From NCBI GenBank assembly GCA_002256025.1, contig NKIB01013746.1:1-52300 (forward strand): DNA of 52,300 nt, given 5' to 3'. Positions 37,130-48,365 of this stretch are shown here, one piece after another. The translations under genes were made by a program, and so were the position numbers. Source of the DNA: Asterionella formosa. Its lineage: Eukaryota. Below the pieces are notes generated by a model. It ran no database searches and was not told the origin of the DNA. It worked only from the letters and a program-made list of their open reading frames with translations. Within the stretch, counting starts at the first letter, position 1; each line of letters opens with the position of its first letter.

Positions 37130-38410
37130 CCAATTTGTTATTGCTACAGTTATCAATATAGATGTAATTTAGCCGATCGGAAAAGGAGAATGTCATGATT
37201 GCGGCACATCTCAATTTTGACTCACTATGGCGGCGACATACAATGAATGTTAAAAATATGCAACAGCTGTTTCTTAACAACTTTACGAATTAAATTGTTG
37301 TCAGCTACTCTTTCTTTGCTTTTTTTACTATATTGTGCTTGCTAAAGTTATCGCTTCAGACTATTGCTATCTGCTCCAAACCGGAGAAGGACATTACGGC
37401 ACATCTCAATATCGACTCACTACGGCGACATGCATTGAATGTTGCAACAGCTGTTCCTAAACAATTTACGAATTCAATCGTTGACAGCTGCTCCTCCTCT
37501 GATTCTTTTTCTATATTGTACTTGTTAGAGTTATCGCTGTAGAATATTTGAAGCCGCTCCGAGAAGGAGACGGCCATTGCGGCACATCTCAATTTCGACT
37601 CACTAGCTACGGCGACATACATTGAATACTAAAAATATGTATAAACGAACTAACAAATTCAATTGTTGTCAGCTACTCATCCTTTTTTAATAATTTTTCT
37701 ATATTGTACTTAAATAATTTTTCTATATTGTACTTGCTAAAGTTATCGCTGTAGACTATTTGTAGCTGCTCCGAAACGGAGAAGGCCAATGAGGCACATC
37801 TCAATTTTTACTCACTACCACGGCGACATGCATTGAATGTTAAAATATGCAACAGCTGTTTCTAAACAATTTCACGAATTCAATCGATGAAAGCTGCTCA
37901 TCCTTTGCTTCTTTTTCTATATTGTACTTGCTAGAGTTATCGCTGTAGACTATTTGTAGCCGCTCCGAAAAGGAGACGGCCATTGCGGCACATCTCAATT
38001 TGACTCACTATGGCAACATGCATTGAATATTAAAAATATGCAACAGCTGTTTCTTAACGAATTTACGTATTCAATTGTTGTCAGCTACTCATACTTTCCT
38101 TCTTTTTCTATATTGTACTTGCTAGAGTTATCGCTGTAGACTATTTGTAGCTGCTCCGAAACGGAGAAGGCCATTGCGGCACATCTCAATTTTGACTCAC
38201 TACGGCGACATGCATTGAATACTAAAAATATGCAACAGCTGTTTCTTAACGAATTTACGAATTCAATTGTTGACAGCTACTCATCCTTTCCTTCTTTTTC
38301 TATATTGCACTTACTAGAGTTATCGCTGTAGACTATTTGTAGCTGCTCCAAAACGGAGAAGGCCATTGTGGCACATCTATATTTCGATTCACTACTACGG
38401 AGACATGCAA
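37130..38410 (-). repeat. Satellite A, inverted, ~7 copies
   Basis: GGCACATCTCAATTTTGACTCACTA recurring every ~185-220 bp. Confidence 0.95.
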
Positions 38411-39463
38411 TGCTCAACGATGCTCAACGAGGACCAACAGTGCCTAATTTCTAATCTGGCAGGCTATTGTAATCTCTACAATCAACAATGACTAAACAAG
38501 GTGTCTACAACATCAACTACTACGACGTGTGCTGAATTCTACTGTGTGAATCTTCCTCTTGCATGTGTTGTTATTTGCCAGCAGTTGAGATCAAAGAAAT
38601 ATGTCGGAGCAGAAAAAATAATAATTGAATCGGAATTGGCAACTCTTTCGTTCATTATATGGTGAAAGCAGCATAATATTGTAGCGGAGCAGCATAATTT
38701 CGCTTTTATACTGTCCCGATGGCTAGTTGGTCAACATATATTGTCATGAACACACATAATTATTGGAGTGATCACAGAATTATTCGATAAGTGAAATACA
38801 TTTTGTTTAACCCGAATAAATTAGGGAAAAAGTAACATAATATTTCAAAAAACCCATAATATTTTAGAAAACTAACATAATATCTAAAAAAGTAGCATAA
38901 ATAAGTCACTTTAGACATAAATTCGAAAAAGTGCCATAAACGGCGTCTTAGATGTACTTCTGATTCGTCAATGACACAATCAACACAAGTAGGGCACGGA
39001 ACATAAGTATATGGAAGAGGATTGGCATTCACTAGTAGGGGCAATCCAACAGAAAACATGGTTGATTGTTGCATTGTTCGACGTTATTTTGTTGCTCAAA
39101 GGATGCCTAGTACACGATATGCTCGAGGTATATAACTAGAATCTATACATGTGTTCTCGTGGGGAGTAAAATTATGTCTAAATTGAGCAATGTAGAAATA
39201 ACATAAATGTCGTCATTCTTCTTGAAATGGAACTCTGTCAATGTGGCGCCATTTTCTACTCAGTTAAAATATTCAAACAGGTACTTGCATCATGGGAATG
39301 CACAGAAACAAATTCCCTGTTCCGCGTCAATTTTACAACCCTAGCGATTTTTTCTTCAAACTAGGGTTACGCCGGGGCCGCAACCTTGATTTGATCATAT
39401 TTCTAAATGACTTCTTGCTGATGTCACGTCTTCGATGCACCATCATAGACCTATTCATATTTC

Positions 39464-39645
39464 TACCTGGTACCCCTGGTACCAGGTACCTGGTACCGGT
39501 AATGTGTAACAGAGTACATGACCTTAGATCCTACATACGTACCGTATATACCAAATGAAGCTTTTAGTGTACCTGGTACCGCTAGCAATTTGCTTTCGCC
39601 CAGAGGAAGGCCAGTACCAGTATCAGGTAGTACCTTGTACCGGTA
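39464..39645. repeat. CCTGGTA/TACCAGG heptamer field upstream of PDX1
   Basis: TACCTGGTACCCCTGGTACCAGGTACCTGGTACCGGTA and further copies. Confidence 0.8.
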
Positions 39646-39850
39646 GTATCACGGCCCAGCCGGAAAATATGAGTCAGGAGGTTTGGTGGACCTGACAAAT
39701 TCTGAAAACCACCTACTAATTCTATCGTATGGATTCTACGCTCGGTTTTCGCAGGCAGGACCACAAATTTGCAAACCTAAGATTCACAAATTATCTTTAT
39801 TCAAAGTGTGACGACAGACAACAAACGATACATCACCTACATTATACAAC

Positions 39851-41130
39851 ATGACTAGCGCAAACGGAAATGGAAATGGAAATGGCTCCAATCCCAAGAT
39901 CGGGACTGATGTTGTCAAGTGTGGACTTGCGCAAATGCTAAAAGGCGGTGTAATTGTAAGTGCACACTTTTATACCCCATGGCGCCTCACTTTTCTTTGT
40001 TTTGATGGTCAAGACGAACCCAAATTTGGTGTCTTGCTGACGCATCACTCTAAAGAATTGATCGCTAAAGTATTCTTGCCTACGTCAACTGTGAAATGTG
40101 ACGCAGCGCAAAGCGAAGTCTTGACATTAATGGGATTCCCAACTCATACGATGAATCACAACACAACAGAAGCTAACAATTATGCCATTTTAAAATAATC
40201 TCATGCCGTTTCCTTTTATCACAGATGGACGTCATGAACGTCGAGCAGGCAATGATTGCAGAGGCGGCAGGAGCTGTCGCTGTTATGGCATTGGAGCGCA
40301 TTCCTGCCGATATCCGACTTGACGGTGGTGTGGCTCGAATGTCTGATCCCGCCATGATTAAGGAGATCAAGAACGCCGTGACTATTCCAGTCATGGCTAA
40401 GGCTCGTATCGGACACTTTGTGGAAGCACAGATCTTGGAGGCGTGTGAGATTGACTTTATTGACGAGTCTGAGGTCCTAACCATGGCTGATGATGTTCAC
40501 CACCTTGACAAGACTGTTTACAAGGTCCCATTCGTTTGTGGTTGTCGCAACCTCGGCGAAGCTCTTCGTCGTATCGCCGAGGGAGCTTCCATGCTTCGTA
40601 CGAAGGGTGAGGCTGGAACCGGAAATGTTGTAGAAGCCGTCCGTCATGCTCGTACTGTCTTGGGTGAGATCAGGAGATTGTCTTCGATGAGCAAGGACGA
40701 GCTATACGTTGCAGCCAAAGAAATGCGCGCCCCCTACGAGCTTGTTAAGTGGGTCGCCGACAACGGAAAGTTGCCTGTTGTCAACTTCGCGGCTGGAGGT
40801 GTCGCCACTCCAGCTGATGCAGCACTTATGATGCAGCTTGGTTTGGATGGTGTCTTTGTTGGATCTGGAATCTTCAAGTCCGCGAATCCCGAGGCACGTG
40901 CTCGTGCTATTGTTCAAGCTGTTACGCACTACAACGATGCCAAGGTCCTTATGGAGGTCAGCACCGGCCTTGGACCTGCCATGGTTGGTATCTCAGATAT
41001 TAATGCCGACCCCGTTAACTTTCGAGACAGAGAAGGTGGAGAATACCAGTACTCCGGAAAGGTCCCACCAAAGAAAGAATTACACGGACACACCGAAACT
41101 CAAATGTACGGATCTTCTTGGGCTAACTAA
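39851..41130 (+). CDS. PDX1: Pyridoxal 5'-phosphate synthase subunit PDX1 (SNZ/PdxS), 336 aa; exons 39851-39955 and 40225-41130
   Basis: [14 protein letters not shown] joined across a phase-0 GTAAG...ACAG intron (39956-40224); [70 protein letters not shown]. Confidence 0.98.
40000..40129 (+). ncRNA. Candidate intronic structured RNA (H/ACA snoRNA-like)
   Basis: Hairpin 40003-40047, ANANNA box AAAGAA 40052-40057, hairpin ~40062-40116, ACA at 40124-40126. Confidence 0.45.
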
Positions 41131-41714
41131 GTTTGCTACTGTAGCGCTGTCGTGCACATTTCACAACCAATGTTTTGATCGTTACTTGGACTACATCCTC
41201 TCGCATATTATTATCCTTTTTAAAATTTACTCTTACAACTTTTGGCAGAAATGATCTAGCTCAATTTGCCAGCAGTATATTTAAGATGCTTGACCATGTC
41301 AAGTTTCATTATACAGTTCTTAGCAAATTCAATAGCATGTCTCCCATTGAAGGATACATACTTTGTTATCAGAAGATTCGTGTCTAGCAAGTCTTTCGCA
41401 CCTCTTGTGCAACCGCCTTGAGGACGGCTTCTGAATATTTACTACAGCTAGTATTAGAGCGAGCGTTCGCGGCTAAAACAAGATTCGGTAGCATCAGGTG
41501 CTCACTGAATTGTGATATCATTCTGTAAGAAATACACATGTCGCTTTCTGGAAACCATTTGTGCATCAGCCTATTGAGTACCACATCGCACAGTGACCTG
41601 ATAATACAATATCGACACGATAGAAAGTTTACATAGGTCTACTATTAAATCAACAACTTCCGAATTTCTCACTGTTCTGTGTTCAACAAAGCGAAATAAT
41701 CCCAAGGAATTCGT

Positions 41715-43313
41715 TCAATCGTCGCGCCTCGGAGAATCAGCGTCAAACAAAGAATATTGCTCAGAGTTGATGCTTGAAATTGTGTTTAATAGAGGACTGG
41801 AAGCGTGGCCACGAGTCGAAAGAAGGTTCCCATACCCCATGCTTCCTTGGCCTGAAGCTACTGGTACTCCATTAATGATCACGTGACTATTTTCTTGGTT
41901 CGGCATCTTCAAAACGTTCGGGCTTGTGCCATTTTCATTACTTGTACATCCATTCCAATATTGGCTTGGTCGGATTCCCTTTGAAGGTATTTTCATTTCT
42001 AGTGCAGACTCCAATGCGTTGTACAAACGCTCCGCTGCTTTCGGCTGCGGAATATAGTTAAGTACTTCTGGCACCTGCACTTTGCGTCCATAGAACTTTG
42101 CGTTGATATCGCTTCTCGTCGTCACCACAGATCCTTCCAACGAAATGCCTACGAAAAGTCCACTAGAATGCGCGTACGCGTAAGCTGGTTGCAGTTTGGC
42201 GGATGAAGATAAATGAGCTCCTCTACCGACAGGCCCCACCGCGACTCCCATTTCAGCTCCAAAAGTCAAACTCGACGAATGTCCCAATGCCTCGACTGCT
42301 TTTGTAGTGGTAAAAACTACTAGATAGTGAGTGAGATCCCCACCGACTTGAGCACCCCACCCAATTCCTACAGTTCCTAAGGCACAGGGCGCGGACCAGC
42401 TCCCATCTGGCTTTCTCGCAAGGATCAACCCGGTCCCCATCTTCCCCGAGACCACCAAACCAGCTTTGAAAACAGTCAGGAAGCAAAGCCCCTTAGCTTG
42501 GTGAAGCAAGTCAAGTGGGATCGACTGGTCGCTCTCATTCCACCCATCCTTACAAATGAGCTGAACCATATGCGTTGCCTGTCGGATCGCTGACCCTAAT
42601 GTGTACGAGAGCGGATTCATCAGTTTCAAAGCAGTCTGAATCGTGGATGCTTCCAAACGAATATCACGGTCACATGGAGCCTTCACTTCCGTGGACAGAA
42701 AGTCTTCTATTTCCACATGTATTTCTCGAGGTAGTATCTTTCGATTGTAACAACCAATAAGGTCAACTAACCATACATCCAATTGAATTTTGCGGTAATT
42801 GACGAGCTCTTCGTGTTGGTGAGGAGCCAATGCCAGCGAAGGAGTCCACTGTCCCATGCGGCCCGCCCAGTGCTTGGTAGGAAAGGACGACTCCAATCTG
42901 ACTGCATGGGTTTTAAGCAGGGCGTTGAGCTTGGCAAACTCTGAGTATCGGTGTTCCACAATAACAGGCTCAGCAAAGCCGGGAAATCCGACAGAAATAA
43001 CAAATACAGTATATGCGGCACCCGACAGATCGTCCCTGGATTCTGCAGCAATGATGCGCACGACGATATCGTGAGATGATTGCGCCCTTCGCTTCTCTTC
43101 TGATAGCTGAGTGAGACCTGATCCATGTTTCCTCCATATCTGACGGGCGTCTTCTGCAGCGTTCACGGAAGGCGGCGTCGCTGGAAGCAACGGATGCCGA
43201 TAACGTTGCAGTGGAGGCACGTTGTCGTGCAGCTCGGCATATCGCTGCTGCTGCGCTCGCAGCTGCGCTTCTTCGAGAAACGACAAGCGGGCCTCTTGCG
43301 AAAGGCGACGCAT
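41715..43313 (-). CDS. PX-domain + SYLF (Ysc84/SH3YL1-type) domain protein, 532 aa
   Basis: PX: YTVFVISV...HRYSEFAKL...FPTK...RKIQLDVWL. SYLF: IPLDLLHQAKGL..KAGLVVSGKMGTGLILAR..GSWSAP..GWGAQVG...AVGPVGR...YAHSSGLFVGISLEG...R.DINAKFYG. Confidence 0.9.
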   Translation of the reverse strand: MRRLSQEARLSFLEEAQLRAQQQRYAELHDNVPPLQRYRHPLLPATPPSVNAAEDARQIWRKHGSGLTQLSEEKRRAQSSHDIVVRIIAAESRDDLSGAAYTVFVISVGFPGFAEPVIVEHRYSEFAKLNALLKTHAVRLESSFPTKHWAGRMGQWTPSLALAPHQHEELVNYRKIQLDVWLVDLIGCYNRKILPREIHVEIEDFLSTEVKAPCDRDIRLEASTIQTALKLMNPLSYTLGSAIRQATHMVQLICKDGWNESDQSIPLDLLHQAKGLCFLTVFKAGLVVSGKMGTGLILARKPDGSWSAPCALGTVGIGWGAQVGGDLTHYLVVFTTTKAVEALGHSSSLTFGAEMGVAVGPVGRGAHLSSSAKLQPAYAYAHSSGLFVGISLEGSVVTTRSDINAKFYGRKVQVPEVLNYIPQPKAAERLYNALESALEMKIPSKGIRPSQYWNGCTSNENGTSPNVLKMPNQENSHVIINGVPVASGQGSMGYGNLLSTRGHASSPLLNTISSINSEQYSLFDADSPRRDD

Positions 43314-43633
43314 CGTGCAGTAATTGTTTCTTGGTTTTTCTCGTCGTTAGACTTTTACTACTACCACACGTACCGGTACAACAGTTGCTCTTCCTTATTT
43401 TATTGCTGACAAGCAATGATCAACCGTGGAATTTGCTCAAGCACATGAAATGTACTGCTGTGTCGTCGTTTCCTGTATCGCGCATTATTTCTACACGACA
43501 ATCGTTATAAACGTGCGTAGGGGTGTTATTATCGATATAAACTGAGTTGCAACAGCATCATCTCACCCCGTAACGGGATACGAACAAACATCAAACAAGG
43601 AAACTCAAATCAAATTGAATTTTTGAATTACGC

Positions 43634-43803
43634 CCGGTACCTGATACTAGGTACCAGGTACCGTACACTGGTACCTGGACCTGGTACCAGGTACCCGGAG
43701 TAACAGGTCACCAGGTACCTGGTACCTGGTACCTGGTACCAAGTACCAAGTACCAGGGTACCTGGTACCTGGTACCTCGCATACCGGTACCTGGTACCAG
43801 GTA
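43634..43803. repeat. Dense CCTGGTA/TACCAGG heptamer array in both orientations
   Basis: ACCAGGTACCTGGTACCTGGTACCTGGTACCAAGTACCAAGTACCAGGGTACCTGGTACCTGGTACC. Confidence 0.9.
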
Positions 43804-43958
43804 GTGGAGTATAATACTCGGTGCGTAACGCCGTGCGCAGCCAAGTTTCAGTGGTACACAACAGAGAACAGAGGGTATCTTCTTGTGGAAAAACAAGAAT
43901 GAAACAGTCGTCAAGTTATATATAAAATACAAAAATTTGGAAATCTAATTGATATGAG

Positions 43959-46900
43959 TTAGTGATACAAGCGGCTAATGGCATTGTGGCAGCCTATAAG
44001 GTGGGAATTCCACGACATTGCATGTTCGTGTTTCGCCAGTTTTGCTTCTTGGAGATCATGGAAGTCGTCCCATTTCAACTCACGGTCTTCCAATAAATAC
44101 ATGTAGGCATTCAAACTCTTTCCCATTACCTCAGATATAGCACTGAACTCATTGATTTTTTCGTCGATATATTCGTTTACAAGTTTGGAAAGCATAGCAG
44201 AGAGAGAGGTAAGTTGTGAAGACTCGCCGTTTCCACAAAAAAAGATCTTCAGGGCTTCTGTCTTCAGGTGTTCAAGTAGAACGACTTCTTGGTCCTTAAA
44301 CGCAGCTAGTCTCTCCTTTTGTTCTTCGACAAAGGCATTCCGATCACCGTCAGTCTTGGCCCCAAGAAAAATCTTCCACTCTACTTCGTACCAGCGACTG
44401 AAATTTTGCCGACGACGATGGGATCCTTGATCGTAATCACAAAGGGTGCTACAATACGTGGCGATCCAGATAAAGGCTCGTGAGGCATCATTGCCATAAA
44501 TTACTCCAGTGGGTAATGCTGATTGGGATTGTGCACTAGCCTCAAAACGGGATTCGGTTCTGCTTTCTGAAATGTCCCCAACCCAAAGAGAGGGAGTTTC
44601 TACGTTTTCAGCAGCGATTGCTTCGTTGTTATGCTCAATATTTTTACTCGTCAACATTGTTCTGGCCATTTTGGGAACAATTGCTTGCTCGACATGCTCA
44701 ATCGTTTGACTCGTTGAAATTGTTTTGGCAATGTTTGGAACAGGTTCTGCTCTGCTTGCACGACCAAGCCCGGTAAACGACGAAGGAAATGCTACATTTG
44801 CAGACTCGCCTTTCATATGTAATGAATCCTCATTGACTTCAAGTTCGTCACCATCTAGATCTGACACATTTTCTTTTGCTGTTCCGGAAGGCCCAATAAG
44901 GCCGTGAATGAAATATGCCGGACGAAGTTTTTTCTTCCTTGCACTTCCCCGCCCAGGGACAAACAATCCACGTACTGGATCCCAGCCCATGCCCGGTGGG
45001 CCTCGACCACGTGGACGGGCAAACGTGCCATCACCCTTTTTCTGAGGATCCCGTGATGGACGGTAGCAACCATCGTCTGTCATTCGCTCCTTGTATGAGT
45101 TTTCCATAATTGGTCTTTTGACTTTCATTGATATCAGATCCTCCTTCAATTGCACACCAACACTAAGTAGCATCTCTGCATCCTCTTGATTCGGTCTGTC
45201 CAATGGCACATTTGCAACTGGAAATGTGGAATTTTCAAAACGGGTGACTTCTTGCCCACGTTCGGAGACCAACGTTGCTTGTTCTGCAGGTATTTTCGTC
45301 GGAAGGCTAATGACGATTGCTTCGCTAGGCACACTGGACTGACTTGGATACTGGTACGTAGCAGCACATATTGATTCTGCTACTGACGGAGGAGCCAGAC
45401 GCTTGCGCTTCTTTAATGGTATGTGACTTTGATCGTCCTCTGTTGAAAATGATTCATCTTCAATAGATTCGCTAGCCAACGGTTCAATAGCGACAAAGTT
45501 TTCCAAGACTTCGTTTTCTTCCCTAGAATGAGACGTGTATTGAGGAATAAGACCAAGCTGACGTCGCCGAAGCCTTTCAATGTAGACTATAATAGCCTTC
45601 TGCTCAGCATTGTTGTTCACAAGGTTATTGATTGCATGATTCGTGAACGACTTATTCTTTCTCCTTGCTGAAATCTTGTGGGCCAGAGCTTGAGATGCGT
45701 TCTTCACAACGACATCCCAATCGACCAGTTTCCATTCAAACGATCTAGTCTTGGTTGTTTTCACGTTTCCCCTGTTCCCCAGAAGTAAAAGCCTAGAAAG
45801 CTCCTTGTGTTCTTCTTTCAAGCCGAGAGCGATTGGGATCGATAATTTTCCCTCGTCAACATCACGAGTGCAAAAGGAGGGACCAAAAATTGGCCCTCCA
45901 TTGCTGTAGCTCTTCGTGGCTTCAGCCAAAAATGTTTCGAAACCATCACGAACATACTTGGACGAGATTAAGTTAGTTAGGGTGATAGTTTCGGTGATTT
46001 TGCTGGTTCGCTTTGAATTGCATAGCATTATGAGGCTCTCCGAAGCACCTGCTCGTTCCAGATGCTCCAATTTGATTTTTCCCCCACGACCAGCAGGAAC
46101 AATGTTGTACACAACCAGAAGTCTTGTCAGCTCAATAAGTTCTTGAGTAAGGTGACAATCGATCATAATGGGTACCTCCAAAGGTTTATTGTACTCGCTC
46201 TCTTTGACCACCAATGAAATTTCCCCGTATCGTCTCCTCCGTCCTGGAGTTTTGTGCGAGATGGAGTTTCCGTCATCGATACTGTCATCCAAAGGAATAT
46301 CCTTCTTCTTCCTTGGTCTTGACTTATAAGCATCTGAGACCCCAAAGCGTTGTTTAGCGATGCTATTTCGATATGCAAGGAAGGCGTCTTTCAGAGTTCC
46401 CTTCGGAATATATTGCCTTAGATGAAAAAGGCTATTCTCCACGAAAGTTTCAGCAAATTTTTTCCTTTTTTCTTTGATGACTTCTTGAAGATGGCCCGTG
46501 GTGTGAGCTTCGATATATTCCCAATCGGCTTTCTTGCTATTGTCTGATTTTGAGGCTACCCATGCTTCAGCTAGTTCTCTTGCCTCTGGACCCAATATAC
46601 TTGTATCCGGGATTTCGTCATTTGAGTACGAGTTACAATCTTCAGTGTTGTCGTCATTGTCGTCGTTGTCTTCTGAATCCCACTCCTCGTAGGACTGCTC
46701 GTCGGCTGCTGCTGCTGATGTTGGTGTATCTTTCGTTTGAAATGCGAACCCCAGGAGAGCAGCAACTGCCGACTGAGTAGCAGTCTCTTGGGTATTCAAT
46801 TTTGTTTCTACACCAGTGCTAAGAATTTTTTCAAAGTTTTTGTTTTGCATTGGTGCGTTCTCCTTGGAATTGGCGCTCGGTTTTCCTATGGCCACTCCTC

Positions 46901-47534
46901 CTTTTAGCCGCTCGTCAGTATTTCGTTGCGGCCATTGATTCGGTAAACAAAGTGAATCTGGCACACTCGGTATGCTATGCTCACGTGGATTTCGAAGAAA
47001 CTGGTTTCCAGCATAGACATGAGTGACCCTGTTTTCTTGGACCAGGTTTGCTCCCTGGTCGATCTTGCCCCTTGCTTCTGGACCAGCTAGTACCCTCTGG
47101 TCAGCCAGATGTAACAAGACTTCTGCAAGCGATGGTTCTGAATTCCGCTCCGCTAAAGCGTCTTCATCCCTGAAGGTTTCCTGCTTCTCGCTGTCGCTGT
47201 TGGAAATTAGGCCATTTGATTCTTTATCTTGTTCCGTAGAGTACTTCACGTGCGAAAAAATGGTGCCGTGAATGCTGGTAGACATGCTAGCCTTGATCGC
47301 AGAATCCACCAAAGCACTCGAGCTCGCTTTTGGTTTCGCCGCACTGATATCGTCGCTTGTGATTACAGAAACAGCCATCTCCCCTTTTTTCGCCGACATT
47401 GTGGTATCGTCGGTTCTCACCGGATCGGAATGGGATATCATTACTTTTGGTGCCGTTACGGTATTTCTAGCATGTATTTGCAATTCCGTCAATTGAGAGT
47501 ATGGTAGCACATTGGCTGCCTTACGGGAGGCCAC
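43959..47534 (-). CDS. Large uncharacterised, probably nuclear protein (~1190+ aa); likely has a short upstream exon
   Basis: 3.5 kb stop-free ORF; acidic tract; basic NLS-like runs; AT-hook-like RPRGR. Branch/acceptor CTCAC...CTACAG at ~47545 and an ATG at 47663 suggest a 5' exon. Confidence 0.8.
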   Translation of the reverse strand: MASRKAANVLPYSQLTELQIHARNTVTAPKVMISHSDPVRTDDTTMSAKKGEMAVSVITSDDISAAKPKASSSALVDSAIKASMSTSIHGTIFSHVKYSTEQDKESNGLISNSDSEKQETFRDEDALAERNSEPSLAEVLLHLADQRVLAGPEARGKIDQGANLVQENRVTHVYAGNQFLRNPREHSIPSVPDSLCLPNQWPQRNTDERLKGGVAIGKPSANSKENAPMQNKNFEKILSTGVETKLNTQETATQSAVAALLGFAFQTKDTPTSAAAADEQSYEEWDSEDNDDNDDNTEDCNSYSNDEIPDTSILGPEARELAEAWVASKSDNSKKADWEYIEAHTTGHLQEVIKEKRKKFAETFVENSLFHLRQYIPKGTLKDAFLAYRNSIAKQRFGVSDAYKSRPRKKKDIPLDDSIDDGNSISHKTPGRRRRYGEISLVVKESEYNKPLEVPIMIDCHLTQELIELTRLLVVYNIVPAGRGGKIKLEHLERAGASESLIMLCNSKRTSKITETITLTNLISSKYVRDGFETFLAEATKSYSNGGPIFGPSFCTRDVDEGKLSIPIALGLKEEHKELSRLLLLGNRGNVKTTKTRSFEWKLVDWDVVVKNASQALAHKISARRKNKSFTNHAINNLVNNNAEQKAIIVYIERLRRRQLGLIPQYTSHSREENEVLENFVAIEPLASESIEDESFSTEDDQSHIPLKKRKRLAPPSVAESICAATYQYPSQSSVPSEAIVISLPTKIPAEQATLVSERGQEVTRFENSTFPVANVPLDRPNQEDAEMLLSVGVQLKEDLISMKVKRPIMENSYKERMTDDGCYRPSRDPQKKGDGTFARPRGRGPPGMGWDPVRGLFVPGRGSARKKKLRPAYFIHGLIGPSGTAKENVSDLDGDELEVNEDSLHMKGESANVAFPSSFTGLGRASRAEPVPNIAKTISTSQTIEHVEQAIVPKMARTMLTSKNIEHNNEAIAAENVETPSLWVGDISESRTESRFEASAQSQSALPTGVIYGNDASRAFIWIATYCSTLCDYDQGSHRRRQNFSRWYEVEWKIFLGAKTDGDRNAFVEEQKERLAAFKDQEVVLLEHLKTEALKIFFCGNGESSQLTSLSAMLSKLVNEYIDEKINEFSAISEVMGKSLNAYMYLLEDRELKWDDFHDLQEAKLAKHEHAMSWNSHLIGCHNAISRLYH

Positions 47535-47714
47535 GAAAAAACAGCTGTAGAAACGTGAGTATGAAGTTGAATATAACTCAAGAGCGTTGCTTATTCACTA
47601 CTGCTCAAAATATTCCTCTCTTCTACTAGTGCGGGAAGTGCGACGACGGAGAGACGGTACCATGTCAAATAGAGCAAACAAGAGTTGTTGTGTAGCTACT
47701 GAACGAAGTCATCA

Positions 47715-48365
47715 TACCGGTACCTGGTACCGTACCCGGTAAAGAATCTTCCTGGTACAGGCTGGTCTTGACTGTCCATCTTTACATAAATCTCTACGAT
47801 TAGCTCTAATATTGATGGATGCATTGTATGGCAATTCTAAATCGAAGGAACAGCCGAGTGCGGCACCTGGTACCTGGTACCAGGTGCCAGTGCTCCGTCC
47901 AAGGAGAGGAACCTATGGTGATGGTACCAGGTACCTGGTACCCGGTACCCGGTACCAGGTACCTGGTGCATGCCGGTATGCGGTATGTACCGGAACTTAC
48001 TACCTGTATGCACGATCCCGGATACCGGTACCTGGTACCGGATTGTCCTTATTTACTGTTAACCGGTACCTGGTACATGATGCAAGTAAAAAAATGCATT
48101 GACCCACTGGGAAATAATTCGAACTCTGAATGATTGACCCACCACTGACGATATAAAAAAACGTTTAGTTAAAAAAAATCATTCATTTTCTATGAGGTAC
48201 TGGTACCAGGTACCGTACCAGGTACCAGGTAAAACATACCGTCATATATATCCCATGCGCAAACAACTGGTAACAGGTACCAGGTTCTAGGTACACTATA
48301 GTATACCAGCTATGGTACTGGTACCTGGTACTGGTATAAACCGGTAGTCTACCAGGAGGTACCGG
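47715..48365. repeat. Extended CCTGGTA/TACCAGG/TACCGGTA field upstream of the large gene
   Basis: Clusters at 47715-47760, 47865-48075 and 48195-48365. Confidence 0.9.

Larger units (their letters stand above)
35540..38946 (-). mobile_element. Right (inverted) copy of the satellite-bearing transposon end
   Basis: Ends ATAAATTCGAAAAAGTGCCATAAACGGCGT; same module order as 3953-7930 in reverse; carries an extra block of short AAAA(G)TAACATAATAT-like repeats at ~38812-38904 absent from the left copy. Confidence 0.85.

Noticed and set aside
40113..40127. Intron read-through peptide SEVLT matches the DESEVLT motif of PDX1
   Set aside because: Only five residues, overlapping an RNA stem; no further similarity, so probably coincidence.
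39956..40224. TPP riboswitch in the PDX1 intron
   Set aside because: No CUGAGA or ACCUGAU core motifs.
43628..43932. ORFs rich in YQVPGT/YLVPG (also 47812-48449)
   Set aside because: Translation artefacts of the stop-free heptamer repeat.
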